A stretch of DNA of 63,389 nt, the filler included, from Hyphochytrium catenoides (Eukaryota > Protista > Hyphochytriomycota), in NCBI GenBank assembly GCA_900088475.1. It is 12 parts of 12 records of this genome, joined end to end, with 100 filler letters (N's around TTAATTAATTAA, not from the genome) between each part and the next. Parts side by side here need not be neighbours in the genome. Positions count along the whole stretch, not along the records: positions 46,305 to 49,278 come from FLMG01002817.1; positions 49,379 to 50,681 come from FLMG01002316.1; positions 50,782 to 55,943 come from FLMG01002499.1; positions 56,044 to 60,510 come from FLMG01001892.1; 8 more parts are not named here. One strand, written 5' to 3'. Shown piece by piece: positions 46,676-59,517 of the stretch; position 1 is the stretch's first letter; every line of letters starts with the position of its first letter. The notes beneath the pieces were generated by a model, which saw nothing but the letters and a program-made list of their open reading frames with translations, was not told where the DNA came from and made no database searches. The position numbers and the translations under genes are program-made.

Positions 46676-49158
46676 CACTGTAACTCTGAAAGTGGTCATT
46701 TTCCGGTCACTTACAACAGTCACAAAAAGGTCATTATTCTCTGACCGCATGGTGAGGAATTCATCCAGAATACCAAAAGTGAGGCCAAAAGTGAGGATTA
46801 GTAATCCCTCTGTCATTTTTCGGTCACTTTTGCTCGTATGATTTGCATAGCAAGAATCATTTTTTGATCACTTTGCTTTCCATAGCTAGTCACTTTTTGA
46901 TCACTAATAAAATGGGTCATCATCGTCATTTTGATCGCTTCCTTTATGCTGGCGCATGTCACTTCCCAGTCATTTTTATTACTCGCTTTAGGCTTATAAT
47001 CTACTCAAATTTCAACGGCCAGACGCTTCAGCTGTGCCAACCATAGACGACTAGAAGAGATACACGTCACGCGGAGTGCAATATCACTTCTAAAGTTCTG
47101 CCGTCTCTCTCGCTTGAAGTGGTCAGCAAGATCTAATGAGAAGAAAGAACCATTTGTTTCTATCATGACTCATCTGCTCGGTTCAACGATAAGGGTCCCT
47201 CCTTTGGCTTTGATGCGAATGTGTGACCTTCTGCCCGAGCTATGGCTATCTGGCTTGGGCTTCCACAAGTGCTCAAAGTGTCTTGATTGATGGCACGCTT
47301 GCCTTGCCTCCCTCGGTCCTTACCATGGGATGGCCTAGCCCTACTAGTGCTATCATGAAAAACATGAAGTGAGAAGGTAGCACATCAACATTCGCAGCAA
47401 AGAATGCGGATAGTGGCACTCACAAGCACCAGACGCTAGCAGGAGCGAAGAGCTACCACCACCTAGTCAACAACTTCTCTTGTCTCTCTCTTTGACTCAG
47501 GTCGCCTTTTCTCCCTTTGTCTGGAATGGAAAGGTCGCTCGCAGACCAGGCCGTCTTGGTTTCCCATAAAAGTCTGCCACAAAAGCCCTACAGCTTTAGA
47601 ACGTGGTGGAGAAACGGCACACACTAGTGAGAAATTTGTCAGCCTGCAGTTCACACAGCAAAAAGGTCTAGAAACATCGAAAACTCTGATTTTTCTGTTG
47701 ATGTTACGGTAGAGCGAGTAGCAGGAGGGCAAATCATTCGCACCTTTTGTGGTCAGGACCAGTAGTGTCAGTTCTAGTAGCAATCGGGGCTTACGGTAGA
47801 GATGACTTGCGCAACAGGTCTCGAGCAATAGCATCCTCTAGTGCTGCATAGCAGAGTCAGCAACCTACGCAGATCTTACCAGAAAACGCAAACTATGTCA
47901 GGGGTCTTACCAGCGACCTCCCAGGGCTTCTCCTATTGTAATAGTCTGCTGCATGATCCGCGCCAGGGTGGGATTGGGATGCTCTCCCTATAAATAGAGG
48001 AGGGCAGGTTCCATGGCAGGTGGAGCGAATGATTTCGTGAGTGATAAAGAGCAGGGAGAAGGAGGGACTAATAAGGACTCTGCTGCCACCTTTCTGTGCT
48101 GAACTACGGGAATGGTCATGGTGAGGCTCCTCAGGTCACACCGGTGTTGTCAGGATTAACAAACGCCACCAGCGGGCTAGCGGCTGGTGGCGACCTTGAT
48201 GACCTGGGGTCGAACGGCATCGTACTTGGCCATATCTCCGAGAGATTGAAGCTTCGTTCTGATAAAGAAGCAGGACCTAATTTTATACCACGGATAAAGA
48301 AAGATGTCAGGACTTTGTGCCAACAACAATCTTCTGGAAGCTGGGAGGAAGCTGACCGAGTAATCTTTGGGTTGCATAACGTCGAAACTGTATAGCTGCT
48401 GGTGACAATGAACGGACGATGGCATCAAGACATCAGGATAGTCGCGATGGCGGCGGATTGACAACTCTATGCCGGCAATTATTAGCGCAACAACCAGCAG
48501 AGAAGGTGGTGGAGGGAGACTTCCGTGAAGCTGCCGCGGGGCTGAGAGGTTGATAGACAAAGACTTTATGAAGAACCAGGGAAGGAAGCACACTGCTTGT
48601 GTGCACTGACTTCTGACGACTGACTTCATCGATTTGGATTGAATCAACATCTTCACTAACGCTCGCCGCTCGCACCTATGTTTTGTCTCTCCAGGTGAGG
48701 ATCCTGGTACCGAAAATGGGGGTTGTCCCCTTGACATATCCCTACTGTAANNNNNNNNNNNNNNNNNNNNNNNNNNNNNNNNNNNNNNNNNNNNNNNNNN
48801 NNNNNNNNNNNNNNNNNNNNNNNNNNNNNNNNNNNNNNNNNNNNNNNNNNNNNNNNNNNNNNNNNNNNNNNNNNNNNNNNNNNNNNNNNNNNNNNNNTAC
48901 AGTAGGGATATATCAATCACTGTGACAGTACCTCGGCCACCCGTGGGGCCGCTGCCACCCATTGTATTGGTTCTGGAATGATGGGTGGGCGGCGATGGGT
49001 GGTTCTAGATACAAGGACAGCGGCACAAACACAGCTTGTACGCGTACAAAAGTGACTGGAAAGTGACTCATTTTTCTTTTGGAAGCAGCAATAGTGAACA
49101 GAAAATGACTGTTTTACCCAAAAGTGATCAGATAATGACCACTTTCAGAGTTACAGTG
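46676..49158. mobile_element. Non-autonomous CACTA/EnSpm-type (CACTG) DNA transposon
   Basis: Perfect 25-bp TIRs CACTGTAACTCTGAAAGTGGTCATT (46676-46700 and 49134-49158); 3-bp TSD TGA (46673-46675 and 49159-49161); subterminal GGTCAC/GTCATT/GATCAC-type repeats at both ends; no transposase ORF recognised. Confidence 0.9.
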
Positions 49159-49611
49159 TGATGTGTTCCTCCGGGACCACCCCTATGCCACTTAGTTAGA
49201 GTCCTCTTTGTATAATAACCTTTATTATCTGGCCTCTCGTTCACTCTGTAAACCGCCACCCAAGCATACGAGAACGGANNNNNNNNNNNNNNNNNNNNNN
49301 NNNNNNNNNNNNNNNNNNNNNNTTAATTAATTAANNNNNNNNNNNNNNNNNNNNNNNNNNNNNNNNNNNNNNNNNNNNAGAGAGAGAGAGAGGGAACGGG
49401 CGAGATGGGAGAATGAGAGAGGGAAGAGAAAGAGGGGGAAAAAGAGTGAGAGAAAGAATGCTTAAGAGAGAGGAAAAGTGAAGTGGAAGAGAGAGACAAT
49501 GAGAAAAGAGAGACAAAGAATATGAGATACATTGAAAAGAGAGCGAGAAGATGAAGAGAGACACGAAGGGGAAGAAGAGATACAGAGAGGGGGAAGGGAG
49601 AAAGAGAGACG

Positions 49612-49647
<36 letters not shown>

Positions 49648-49655
49648 TCAGATAC

Positions 49656-49814
49656 CTCATCGGGTTCCGCTAGATTTTCTTCTTCAAACGTCGCCATGTC
49701 CGCGTACTCCTCGTCGACATTCTCGCCGGCAGAAGCTTCGACCTGAGCCGCCGCCTCTGCAGCTTTCTGGCAGGACCGTCGTGTAAGAGAAAGAGAGAGA
49801 GAGAAAGACGGGAA

Positions 49815-49851
<37 letters not shown>

Positions 49852-50476
49852 GAGGGGAGGCATAGAAAGGGGCAGAGAGGAAGAAGAAGGATGTGAGAGA
49901 GAGAGACCAAGAGAAAGAAAGAGGAGGCAGAGTAGATAAAAATTGGAGTAGGAAAAGCGATTTGCTGACCACGAAAGAAAACAAACGCGGATAGAGAGAG
50001 AGAGAGAGAAAGAGACAAGCAGAGAGAGGGAAGACGCAGAGGGAAAGAGAGAGAGAGAGAACAGAGACCAAAGGAAGGATATATACCTTTCCTTCGGCAA
50101 CCGCAAAGTGATCTTCTTCTACAATGGCAGAGATAAGATTCACTCTTCCTCCGCCTTCTGCCTGCGCCGCCCCGCTCGAGCTCAGTCCCGAGATATCTTC
50201 CACTTCCTCATGCTTGTGCTCTAAGAAGAGAGAGCGAGAGAGAGAGAGAGAGTGAGAGAGAGAGAGAGAAAGAGAGAGTGAGAGAGTGAAAGAGAGAACG
50301 AGGGAAGAAAGGATAGAGACAATTTGTCAGAGAAGAGAGAGCAAACTTAGGCTGAGAGAGCAAAAGTGTGGCAAAGAAAACGGGACACAATACAAGAGAA
50401 CAAAAGAGCGAAAAGAAAGAAGTGAAGAGAGTATATGTGAAACAGAGAGAGAGAGAGAGAGGATGCGGAGTAGAAT

Positions 50477-50512
<36 letters not shown>

Positions 50513-50681
50513 CTGATCGATAGGAAGCAAGATACTATGGCAAATAGAACACCGATAAAGAGAGAGAGAGAGCAGCGAGAACAAAGAAGAGAGAGAGAGA
50601 GAGAGAGAGTTGAAGAGAGAGTTATGGACATCACCGTCAACATTGCTGTGAGTCGCTAGCCAGACATCCTCCTCTCCCTCT
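49656..50681 (-). CDS. ATG3: Internal fragment of autophagy E2-like enzyme ATG3 (flexible region)
   Basis: Exons GEEDVWLATHSNVD (50635-50681), EVEDISGLSS... (50087-50220) and VDEEYADMATFEEENLAEPDE (49656-49766). WLATH and the acidic D-M-x-x-F/Y-E-E segment resemble ATG3. Confidence 0.7.
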
Positions 50682-50917
50682 NNNNNNNNNNNNNNNNNNN
50701 NNNNNNNNNNNNNNNNNNNNNNNNNTTAATTAATTAANNNNNNNNNNNNNNNNNNNNNNNNNNNNNNNNNNNNNNNNNNNNAAGACTTTATGAAGGCCGG
50801 AGGTCGGCGAACCTCTCTCTCTTTTTGGTCTCTTCTCTCTTTCAGTGTTCAATACCCTCGTCGTCCTCGGCCCACCATTTCCTTACTCTGTGCCCTATTA
50901 CCCTTCCTTACCCATTC

Positions 50918-50962
<45 letters not shown>

Positions 50963-51023
50963 GTCTCTCTCTGTCTCTGTCTCTGTCTCTCTGTCTCTCT
51001 CTCTGTCTCTCTCTCTCTGACAG

Positions 51024-51614
51024 TGGCCTTCTATAACTTCGGATGGATGGACATGACGGTGCCCACGCTGCAGCTGGCGCTGGACGTGGTAAAGGTGGTG
51101 GCTTACCACATAGAAGACAGAAAGGAGAAGATCTCCATCCACTGTCACGCAGGATTCGGTAAGAGGAAGAGAGAAGAAAAATAGAGAGACGAACAAGGAG
51201 TGAGCGACCACTACGAAAGAGAAGGTAGAGAAGAAGAAAGAGAGAGAAAGAGAGAGAGAGAAAGACCGACGGTTGGGATTTTGAAAACGTTTTTGACGGC
51301 TTTTCCTGACCTCTTCTCCTCAGTCTTCATGCAATCACTCCTCTCCCCTTTCTCTCTCTTCTTCGGCTCATCTGGTTGGCAGAACCTAACCTTCTTCATT
51401 TGGGCTTTGCCCTCTTCCTTGGTGGACTTAGTCCATATCTCTCTCTGTCTCTTCCCCCACATAACTCTGTGTCTCTCTCTCTGTGTGTGTCACTCTCTCT
51501 CTGTATCTCGTACCCTTTGTTTCTCTCTCCGTCCTTTCTCACGATCTCTCTCTACCACTTCCTCTCTCTCCCGGGACCCTTCCTCCCATCTCTCTCTCTC
51601 TCTCTCTCTCCCCC

Positions 51615-51652
<38 letters not shown>

Positions 51653-53536
51653 TCTCTTTCTTCCCGTTTTCTCTCTTTCTCTCTCTCTCTTTCTCTGTCT
51701 CTTTTTCTCTCTCTCTCCTCTGTCTGCCCCTCCTGCAGGCCGCACGGGGCTTATTGCTGCGTGCTCTCAGGTGTTCATCCACGGCCTGGCGCCCTCTGTG
51801 GCGATCGAGGCGGTGAGGCGGCGGCGCCCGCGATCCATCCAAACCAAGCGCCAGCAGCAGTTTGTCTACGACTTTAGGGAGTTCTTAGGGAGCAGGCATC
51901 TCTCTTTCTCTCTCTCTCTTCTTTCGCGGTTCACCCTGGAGGAATGCTTAGAGAGACAGGTAAGGAGGGGGTTCAGACCCAAACNNNNNNNNNNNNNNNN
52001 NNNNNNNNNNNNNNNNNNNNNNNNNNNNNNNTTTTCTGTTGACCTTTTCTCTTTCTCTCTCTCCTCTTTCTCTCCTTATCATAGCGGAAGTGGATGCACG
52101 GATTTGACGCTGTGATGTTCGCCGATGTCCCTAAAGTCCTCGCTTTGTTACTACGCCGCCTGGTGAGAGAAGCAAAGAAAGACGCCATGAGAGTCTCTCT
52201 CTCTCTCTCCTCAGCTAGGGTAGAGAAGACAGCGGAAGAGTTCTTTAAAGAGCTCTCCGCTCCCTCTCCCTCTGCTGGTGTTAAGGAAGGAGAAGGAGGG
52301 ACAGAAGACAGAGAGAAAGAGAGACTTCTCTTCGAGATCCGTCAGGCTCTTGTCTCTTCCGATTGGACTGTTCTCTCTTCTGAGAAAGACTCTCTCTTCC
52401 CGGTAGAGATTATAGCGAAAGTGACGCTGGACTGGCTGTTCCATCTCTCTCTCCCTGTCCTGGAAGTTGTCTGGTTCCTGAAGTCAGACGGAGAGAATGA
52501 GAGACACTCTCCTTCCGACGTTCTTCCTCCTTCTTCTCTCTCTCTCTCTCCTGCCCAGCCAGAAATGAAAGTCAAAGTTCCTTCCTCTTCTCTGTCTTCT
52601 TCTGCCGCTGCTGTCTCTCCCTCTTCACCATTGCCAGGGGGAGAGGGAGAGGGAGGAAGACAGAGTATTGGAAGTGACGCAGCTCTTCGGTATCGCTCTC
52701 TCTCTAGCAATGGAGGAAGTGAGAAAGGGTCTGGAGAAGGTTCTGTCTCTCCCCAAAATAAGCCCGCAGGAGGAGCACACACACAGCATCGCAAGTCTTC
52801 TCTCTCTTCTCTCTCCTCTCTTCTTCCCTCTTCCCTCTCTCTCTCCCCATCTGCCCCACTTCCCACTATCGAACATCCGCTAGACAGAATGGGAAAGACT
52901 GGCGCTGTGAGAGGCATCGCCTATCTTCTCCGTCTTCTTAAGGAGAAACTTGGTCTGGCAGGAGAGAGAGAGAAAGAGAGAGAGAAGAAAGAGTATCAAG
53001 CGGCTCTCTCTAAAGTAGTGATGGCGCTGGTGCACGAGCGACTCAGTGTCTCTGAGAACGTGGTCCAGTCCGTGGAGTTGTGGCTAAGAAATGTACAGGA
53101 AGGCTCTCTTCGTTTCCTGAGTGAGGAGTATAACTATGAGAGAGAGAAACCGTTCACTCCTACTGCTTCTCTCTCTCTCTCTCCCACTACGCCTGGACTT
53201 GTAGGGGGAGCAGCTGGAGAGGGTCCTCCTTCTCTCTCTTCTCCTCTCCCACTCGTCTCTCCCTCTCTCTCTCCTCCTGAGGATGACGGAGGCGTGGATG
53301 AAGAGAGCGGATGTTTTGATGGAGGAGAGGAGGATGAGTGCCTTGGAACGGAATGTTCAGAGGGAGAGGGAGACAACGCCCTGCCTGTCTCTTCCTCTCT
53401 CTCTCTCTCTCCCTCTCTTGAAGGAGCTGGGAGAGAAGGAAAAGAGGAAGTCAGAGCGGCGGAGAGTCCGAAAAGAGAGAGAGAGAGTGTTAGATTACCT
53501 ACCGTGAACGNNNNNNNNNNNNNNNNNNNNNNNNNN

Positions 53537-53579
<43 letters not shown>

Positions 53580-54271
53580 AAAGAGAGATTAACTATGAAA
53601 GAGAGTTAGAAGAGAACAAGAGTTAATATAGAAACACCAGACAGAGAGAAAGGCAGAGGGAGAGAGAGCAAAAGAGAGACTAGAAGACATGAGAAGAGAG
53701 GGAGGGTTGGGAAGAAGAGAACCAATGGAGCACAAACGTGGACCACAGAGAGAGAGAGAGAGAGAGCGCGAGGCGAGAGCAAGACAAAGAGGGAAAACAG
53801 ACAAGTAGAAAGGCCGATCTCCCTCTCTCTCAGAGCCAGTGAAGTCGAAACACAGGGAGAGAGAGAGAGACAGAGAGAGAGAGGGGACGGAGAACTTCAA
53901 ACAAAAGGAGAGAAGCGTAAAACGAGTGACTGACCGAGAAAGGCTAACAGACTAGGAAAGACTTGACGGAAGGAAAAGGGCGAAGACACGGCGCCGAAAA
54001 GAGAGAGAATCATTCTATTTAGTACTTTAACATGCTCACATATGTCTTCTTCTTCGCTCTCTCTCTCTTTCTGCCAGGAGAAGGAGAGAAGACTCCTTCA
54101 GCGAAACTTTCTCTCTCCCTTGAAGCGGAAGGAGGAGGATCCACGCCTGCTCTCCCATCTCCTCGGAGCACCAAGAAACCGCTACCGCCGGACGGCGTCA
54201 AAGCAGGAGAAGAAGAGAGCGGAGGACAGGTTGTCTCTTCTTCCAGTAATACTCTCCCTGCGCTTGTATAG
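51024..54271 (+). CDS. PTPDC1: Protein tyrosine phosphatase domain-containing protein 1-like (5' truncated)
   Basis: FYNFGWMDM...ALDVVKVVAY...ISIHCHAGF|GRTGLIAAC (intact CX5R), AVRRRRPRSIQT, LEECLERQ|RKWMHGFDAVMFADVPKVL. Exons 51024-51158, 51739-51959, 52085-~53510 and a probable last exon 54078-54271. Confidence 0.88.
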
Positions 54272-54583
54272 AGTCAACCGCTTTCTTTCTCTCTCTTCTC
54301 TCTCTCTTTCTCTCTCTCCACCTTCTCTCCCCCTCTCTGTCCTACTCTTTATAGTCACCATAGCTTTATTTTTGGCTAATTAAAGTTAAACACTGTGAAG
54401 CCACATCTTTGAGAGCTTGGTCCATTGGAGAGAGAGAGAGAGACTAAAGAGACGATAGACATTTCTTCAAGAGAGAGAGAGCACAGAACGAGTGCGAGAG
54501 AGAATACGGGAGGGAGAGAGAGAGAGAGAGCAAGAGAGGAGGATAAGAAACTTCAGGAGCCCAATTTTCCGATCAGGCAGCTT

Positions 54584-55312
54584 TCAGCTTTCTCCAAGCC
54601 GAACCGTTAGAGACGCAGACGGAGCGAGAGACGCTTCTCGCAGAGAGAGAGAAGCGGGCTCTGTGCTCTTAATGCTTGGGAAACCTAACATCGAGAGAGA
54701 AAAGGGAAGAAGAGGGTCTTCTCCCCTCTCTAGGAGAGAGAATCTCGTGAAGGTGATGAGAGACTGGACAGGAGCAGCAGCTGGAAACCGTCGCTGTTTC
54801 CTTGTGCCGTCCGGTAAACGGATCTAAGGGGCAAGGAAGAGAGAACGATTAGGAGAGGAGAAGAGAGAAAGGCAAGGGCAGAAGCAGAGAAGAGTGAAAA
54901 GGAGAGAATGGGAAGAGAAGCACTCCAGTTCGGAGGTGAGAGAGCAAGAGCGACGGGAAAGCTCATGAGCAAAAGCGAAATGAAGCAGGTTCTAAGAGCA
55001 AAAAGCACTGAGAGAGTGATAGAAAGATTAGGAGAGAGAAGAGAGAGAGAGAGTCTAAGCATCGCTGACTCGTCTTGCAGCGGCGAAGGAGAGAGAAGAG
55101 ACAAAGGAGGGTAGAGATCAAAAGAGAGGAGGCACATCATATAAACGTGCGCCAGCCCTGACCTGTATCCTCACAGCGTCTGGAGTGTTTGCCTCGGGCT
55201 CTGGAAGGAGCTGATTGTACTCTTCTTCTATCTGCCGCTATCATGGGAAGGGCACAGGCCACCGCGAGGATACAAGCAGAGCGAAAGGGAGAGGGAGAGA
55301 GAGAGAGAGAGG

Positions 55313-55345
<33 letters not shown>

Positions 55346-55714
55346 TGGCATAGAGAGAGTAAGGTAGAGAGTAAGGAGAATGAGAGAGAGGAAAGAAAGT
55401 GTGAGAGAGAGAGAAAGAGAGACCGAGAAGAGATGTTGCCAAGACGGAAGATGAAAGAGAGCGCGGGGAGCTACAGTCCGAGTATTATTCTCCTTTCTCA
55501 CTCTACTCAATCGCTCTTTCCCTTTTTTTCTTTCCCTCTCGTCTCCACTGTTGCTCTGACCTTAAGCGCCTCCCCTCCAGCTCTGTCAGTCTTGTTTGGT
55601 CCGTTCTCTGCCTGGGGAGAGGGAAAAGGTGAGACAAGGGGCCGACCCTGTGGCTCTTCTTGAAGGAGAGAGGAAGGGACCGCCTCCCATTCCTCTTGCA
55701 CGGACACGCTTTCC
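54584..55714 (-). CDS. 3' part of a UBX-domain protein (p97/CDC48 cofactor)
   Basis: Spliced IEEEYNQLLPEPEANTPDAVRIQ|IRLPDGTRKQRRFPAAAPVQSLITF...FSLSMLGFP...SLREASLAPSASLTV...*, a typical C-terminal UBX fold pattern. Confidence 0.85.
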
Positions 55715-56043
55715 CTATGAGTTTATTCGTTAGTTGAATAGCAGAAGTACGAGGGCAAAGAGAGGAGAAAAGGGAAAGAGAAGAGAAGAGGGGAGAGAGC
55801 AGAGAGAGACAGAGAAGAAGACAAAGAGAGAGAGAGAACAGAGCATGACTATCGTGAGAGTCACCGGCAGAGGAGGAGGGTTAAGAGGCTTTGGAAGAAG
55901 CGAGCGTGTGGGGCAACGTCATGAACAGTGAAGAGAGAAAGAGNNNNNNNNNNNNNNNNNNNNNNNNNNNNNNNNNNNNNNNNNNNNTTAATTAATTAAN
56001 NNNNNNNNNNNNNNNNNNNNNNNNNNNNNNNNNNNNNNNNNNN

Positions 56044-56472
56044 AGCCAGAGCCTCTGCATTGGCTGAAGAAGATCCGCCTTGGCCTGGGAAGAAGAAGAA
56101 GCCTTTGCCTGCGTTCTGGCTAATGGCCTGCGCGCTAGCAGAAGAGATGGACTGGGCATTGCCGCCGCCGAAGGGGAAGAAGAGGCCGCCGCTGTGGGAC
56201 TGGGAGAGAGCCAGAGCCTGCGCCTGAGCAGAAGAAGAGCCACTGCCAGGGAAGAAGAGAAAGCCATTTCCGTGGCTGGTAGCCTGAGCCTGTGCCTGAG
56301 CGATGGATTGGCTGTTGCTGCCGCCCAGGAAAGGAACAAGGAAGCCGCCGCTGTAAGGGCAGAGAAAGAGAAGGAGAGAACAAAAGGAGAAAGAGTGAGA
56401 GAGACAATCGGTGAGTTCAAGCGCCTTGCGAGTGTCAAAGAGAGAGAGAGAGAGAGAGACAGAGAGAGAGAG

Positions 56473-56525
<53 letters not shown>

Positions 56526-57096
56526 AAGAGAGAACAGGACCAGAAAAGAAGAGATGTCAAAAAGAAAGAAGAACTTACGCGTTATTGGCGCTAGAGACTG
56601 CTTGGGCGTCTGCAGAAGCCGATGAAGATCCTCCTCCGAGGCCGCTCCAGGGCCAAGAAGATCCGCCAATAGAGCTTGCTTGCGCATCCGCAATGGCAAC
56701 AGAAGATGAAGATCCCCCGCCTAGGCCTCCAAGGCCACCCCAGGGCCACGAAGAGCCACCGGTAGAGCTTGAGATTGCCTGGGCATTGGCAAAGGCGTTA
56801 GATGAAGATCCTCCGAGGCCTCCAATCCATGGAAATGAAGATCCAGTCGATGAAGCTGAAGCTTGAGCAGAGGCAAAAGATGTGGATCCACCACCGCCCA
56901 AGAATCCGCCTCCAGATCCAGACGCAATGGCTGTGCTGCTGGCAGAGGCAGAGCCGCCGCCAAAGGTATTGGCAACAGCGTTAGCCTGGGCAAAAGCGGA
57001 AGAAGCAGATCTGAGGTTGCGCTTGTCAGGCGCGGGAGCAGCGTCGGCAGCGGCGATGAGGAAGAGAAAAGATGCAGCGAGAGAGAGAATCTTCAT
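56044..57096 (-). CDS. Secreted Gly/Ser/Ala-rich repeat protein, copy A (3' truncated)
   Basis: MKILSLAASFLFLIAAADA signal peptide, then KRNLR and repeats. Exons 56579-57096 and 56044-56350, intron GC|GTAAGT...TACAG. Confidence 0.85.
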
Positions 57097-57254
57097 GGTG
57101 TTTACTTCTGTCGTTGACGGGCTTGTTGGCCGAGAGAGAAAACGAGAGAGAGAGAGAGAGTTTTCTTGTCTTAGTCTGTTTGATGGAGCACCGGAAGGAA
57201 TGTTGGATAATGAGTCGAGACTGCTCTTGCGCTTCGTCTGTTCTCTTTTAACCT

Positions 57255-57308
<54 letters not shown>

Positions 57309-58895
57309 CTGAAGCCCTCTCTCTTTCCTCTCCTGCCCAAGGCCTCTCTCTTTTTTCTCTTGCCCATAACCCCTCTCTTCTCTCCCCTGTCATGGTTTGT
57401 TTCTCTTCTTCTCTCCTGTCTAAGGCTTCTCTCTTCTCTCTCCTGCCCAAAGCCTCTCTCTTCTCTCAAGAAAGGCCCTTTCTTCTCTCAATGTAGGATC
57501 TCTAAGTGTCTCGTTGCTCTGAACCCCTGCCTTTCTACTATTGCCTGTCTGCCGCGGAGGAGGACTGTCTAAAAACATTATCATAAAAGATTTGGAGAAG
57601 GGAAAGAGAGAAAGAGAGGGAGAGAGAGAGAGAGAGAGAGACTGCAGAAACGGTTCACGATGACGTTTTCTGCCCGGAAACATCAAAAGAACAAAATAAT
57701 AAAGCAGAAAAAGCCGATGGAGAGACGGGTCACAGCTGTTCTATTGATGAGAATAAATAAACTCTCTCTCTCTCCGACTGAGGAAGAACACGCAGACGGC
57801 GCGGGCACTGAGAAAAAAAGGAACCTTTGGGGAGCAATCTGGGAGAAGAGAGAGAGAATAAGGAGATAAGAAACAAGAGAGAAGAAGAAGAAAACAAAGA
57901 AGAGAAAGAGAAAGAAAGAAAGAGAAAGAGGGAGAGAGAGAGAGAAAAAGAAGAAGCTGCATCTTCGCGATTAAATAAGAATAAACTGGACATAGAGCCA
58001 GTAGTAGTCTTGTTAATATCCAAAGGAAACAGCGGCAAAAGGAAAGAAAAGAACAAGTCAAATTTATAGTGAATCTTCTTTATAAAAGAAAAATGCTCGC
58101 TAATAAAAACCATTTCCAGAGTAGAAAAGATGACTTCCGCCCGTCTCTCCTCGGTAGCTCCCCCGCCCTTTGTGGCCGCCGTGTGATGATGATGGAGCTG
58201 CGTCCTTCCTCTTTTTTTTTTTTTTAGTTCTACTCAAGTGTTCGCTCTTGTTCGTCTTATTCGTAGTAGTTCTACATAGTTCTTATTGTATCTTTATAAA
58301 ACAGTAGTCTACTAGTCACTCCTTTTCTCAAAAAGAACGTCAATAAAAGGCCATTTTCTATCAATAGGAAGAATAGAGCAGTCCATCCAGAAGAAGGCAG
58401 GAGCCTGTCGTCGACGACAACGCCGCCTGCGTGGCAAACGTTCCGTGTGGGATGATCAACTGGAGAAGAACAGGCAGCACCACCGCAGTCGAAGACCAGC
58501 AATAATATGACGACAAAGCCACGCACGTCTTTCCTCCCTCTCCCCTTCAAGGACAGTGGGGCCGTCAGAAGAGAAACCGGTGGCATAAAACAAAAGAAAA
58601 AAGGCAAGAAGAGGCAAGAAGACTCAAAAAGAGCGAAAAAACATCACCACCACAGAAGATTGGTGCGTTGAGATCCCCCTAACCTTCTCCCTTTCCTGCC
58701 AATCAACTGGTCAGACTCCCAAATTCTCTCCATCGTGTCGCCCTGGTCATGGCTCTGATGAAGGGTCAACAGCACGAGAGAGTTTATTTATTCACGTCAA
58801 TAGAAGAGCTGTGTCCCGTCTCTCCGTCGATGTTTCTGCTTTCTTTTGTTCTCTTGAAGTTTCCGCGAAGAAAACGTCATCTTGAACCTCTTCCG

Positions 58896-58928
<33 letters not shown>

Positions 58929-58930
58929 CG

Positions 58931-59011
<81 letters not shown>

Positions 59012-59517
59012 CCGACCGCTCTCTCTCTACCTCTCTCTCTCCCTCCAAATCTTTTCTGATTATGATGCCTTTAGACAGTCCTCCTCCGCTGAAGAAGAGA
59101 GACAATAGTAGAAAGGCGGGGGTTCAGTGCGAAGAGACACTTTGAGATCCTACGATGAGAGAAGAAAAGGCCTTTCTTGAGAGAAGAGAGAGGCTTTGGG
59201 CAGGAGAGAGCAGAGAGAAACCTTGGACAGAGAGAAGAAGAGGGAAACCTTGGACAGGAGAGAGAAGAGAGAGGTTATGCGCAGGAGAGAGAAGAGAGAG
59301 GCCCTTGGCAGGAGAGGAAAGAGAGAGGCTTCAGGAGAGAGAAAGAGAGGAAGGAAGGAGAGATTATGAGACAGCAGACGAAGCGCAAGAGCAGTCTCAA
59401 CTCATTATCCAACATTCCCTCCAGCGCTCAACCAACCGACCAAGACAAGAAAACTCTCTCTCTCTCTCTCGTTTTCTCTCTCGGCCACCAAGCCCGTCAA
59501 CAACAGAAGTAAACACC

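Noticed and set aside
57097-59517. Long N-terminal extensions on the repeat proteins (ORFs from 57450 and 59155)
   Set aside because: GA-rich leader sequence whose frame is not conserved between copies; the signal peptide starts at MKIL.
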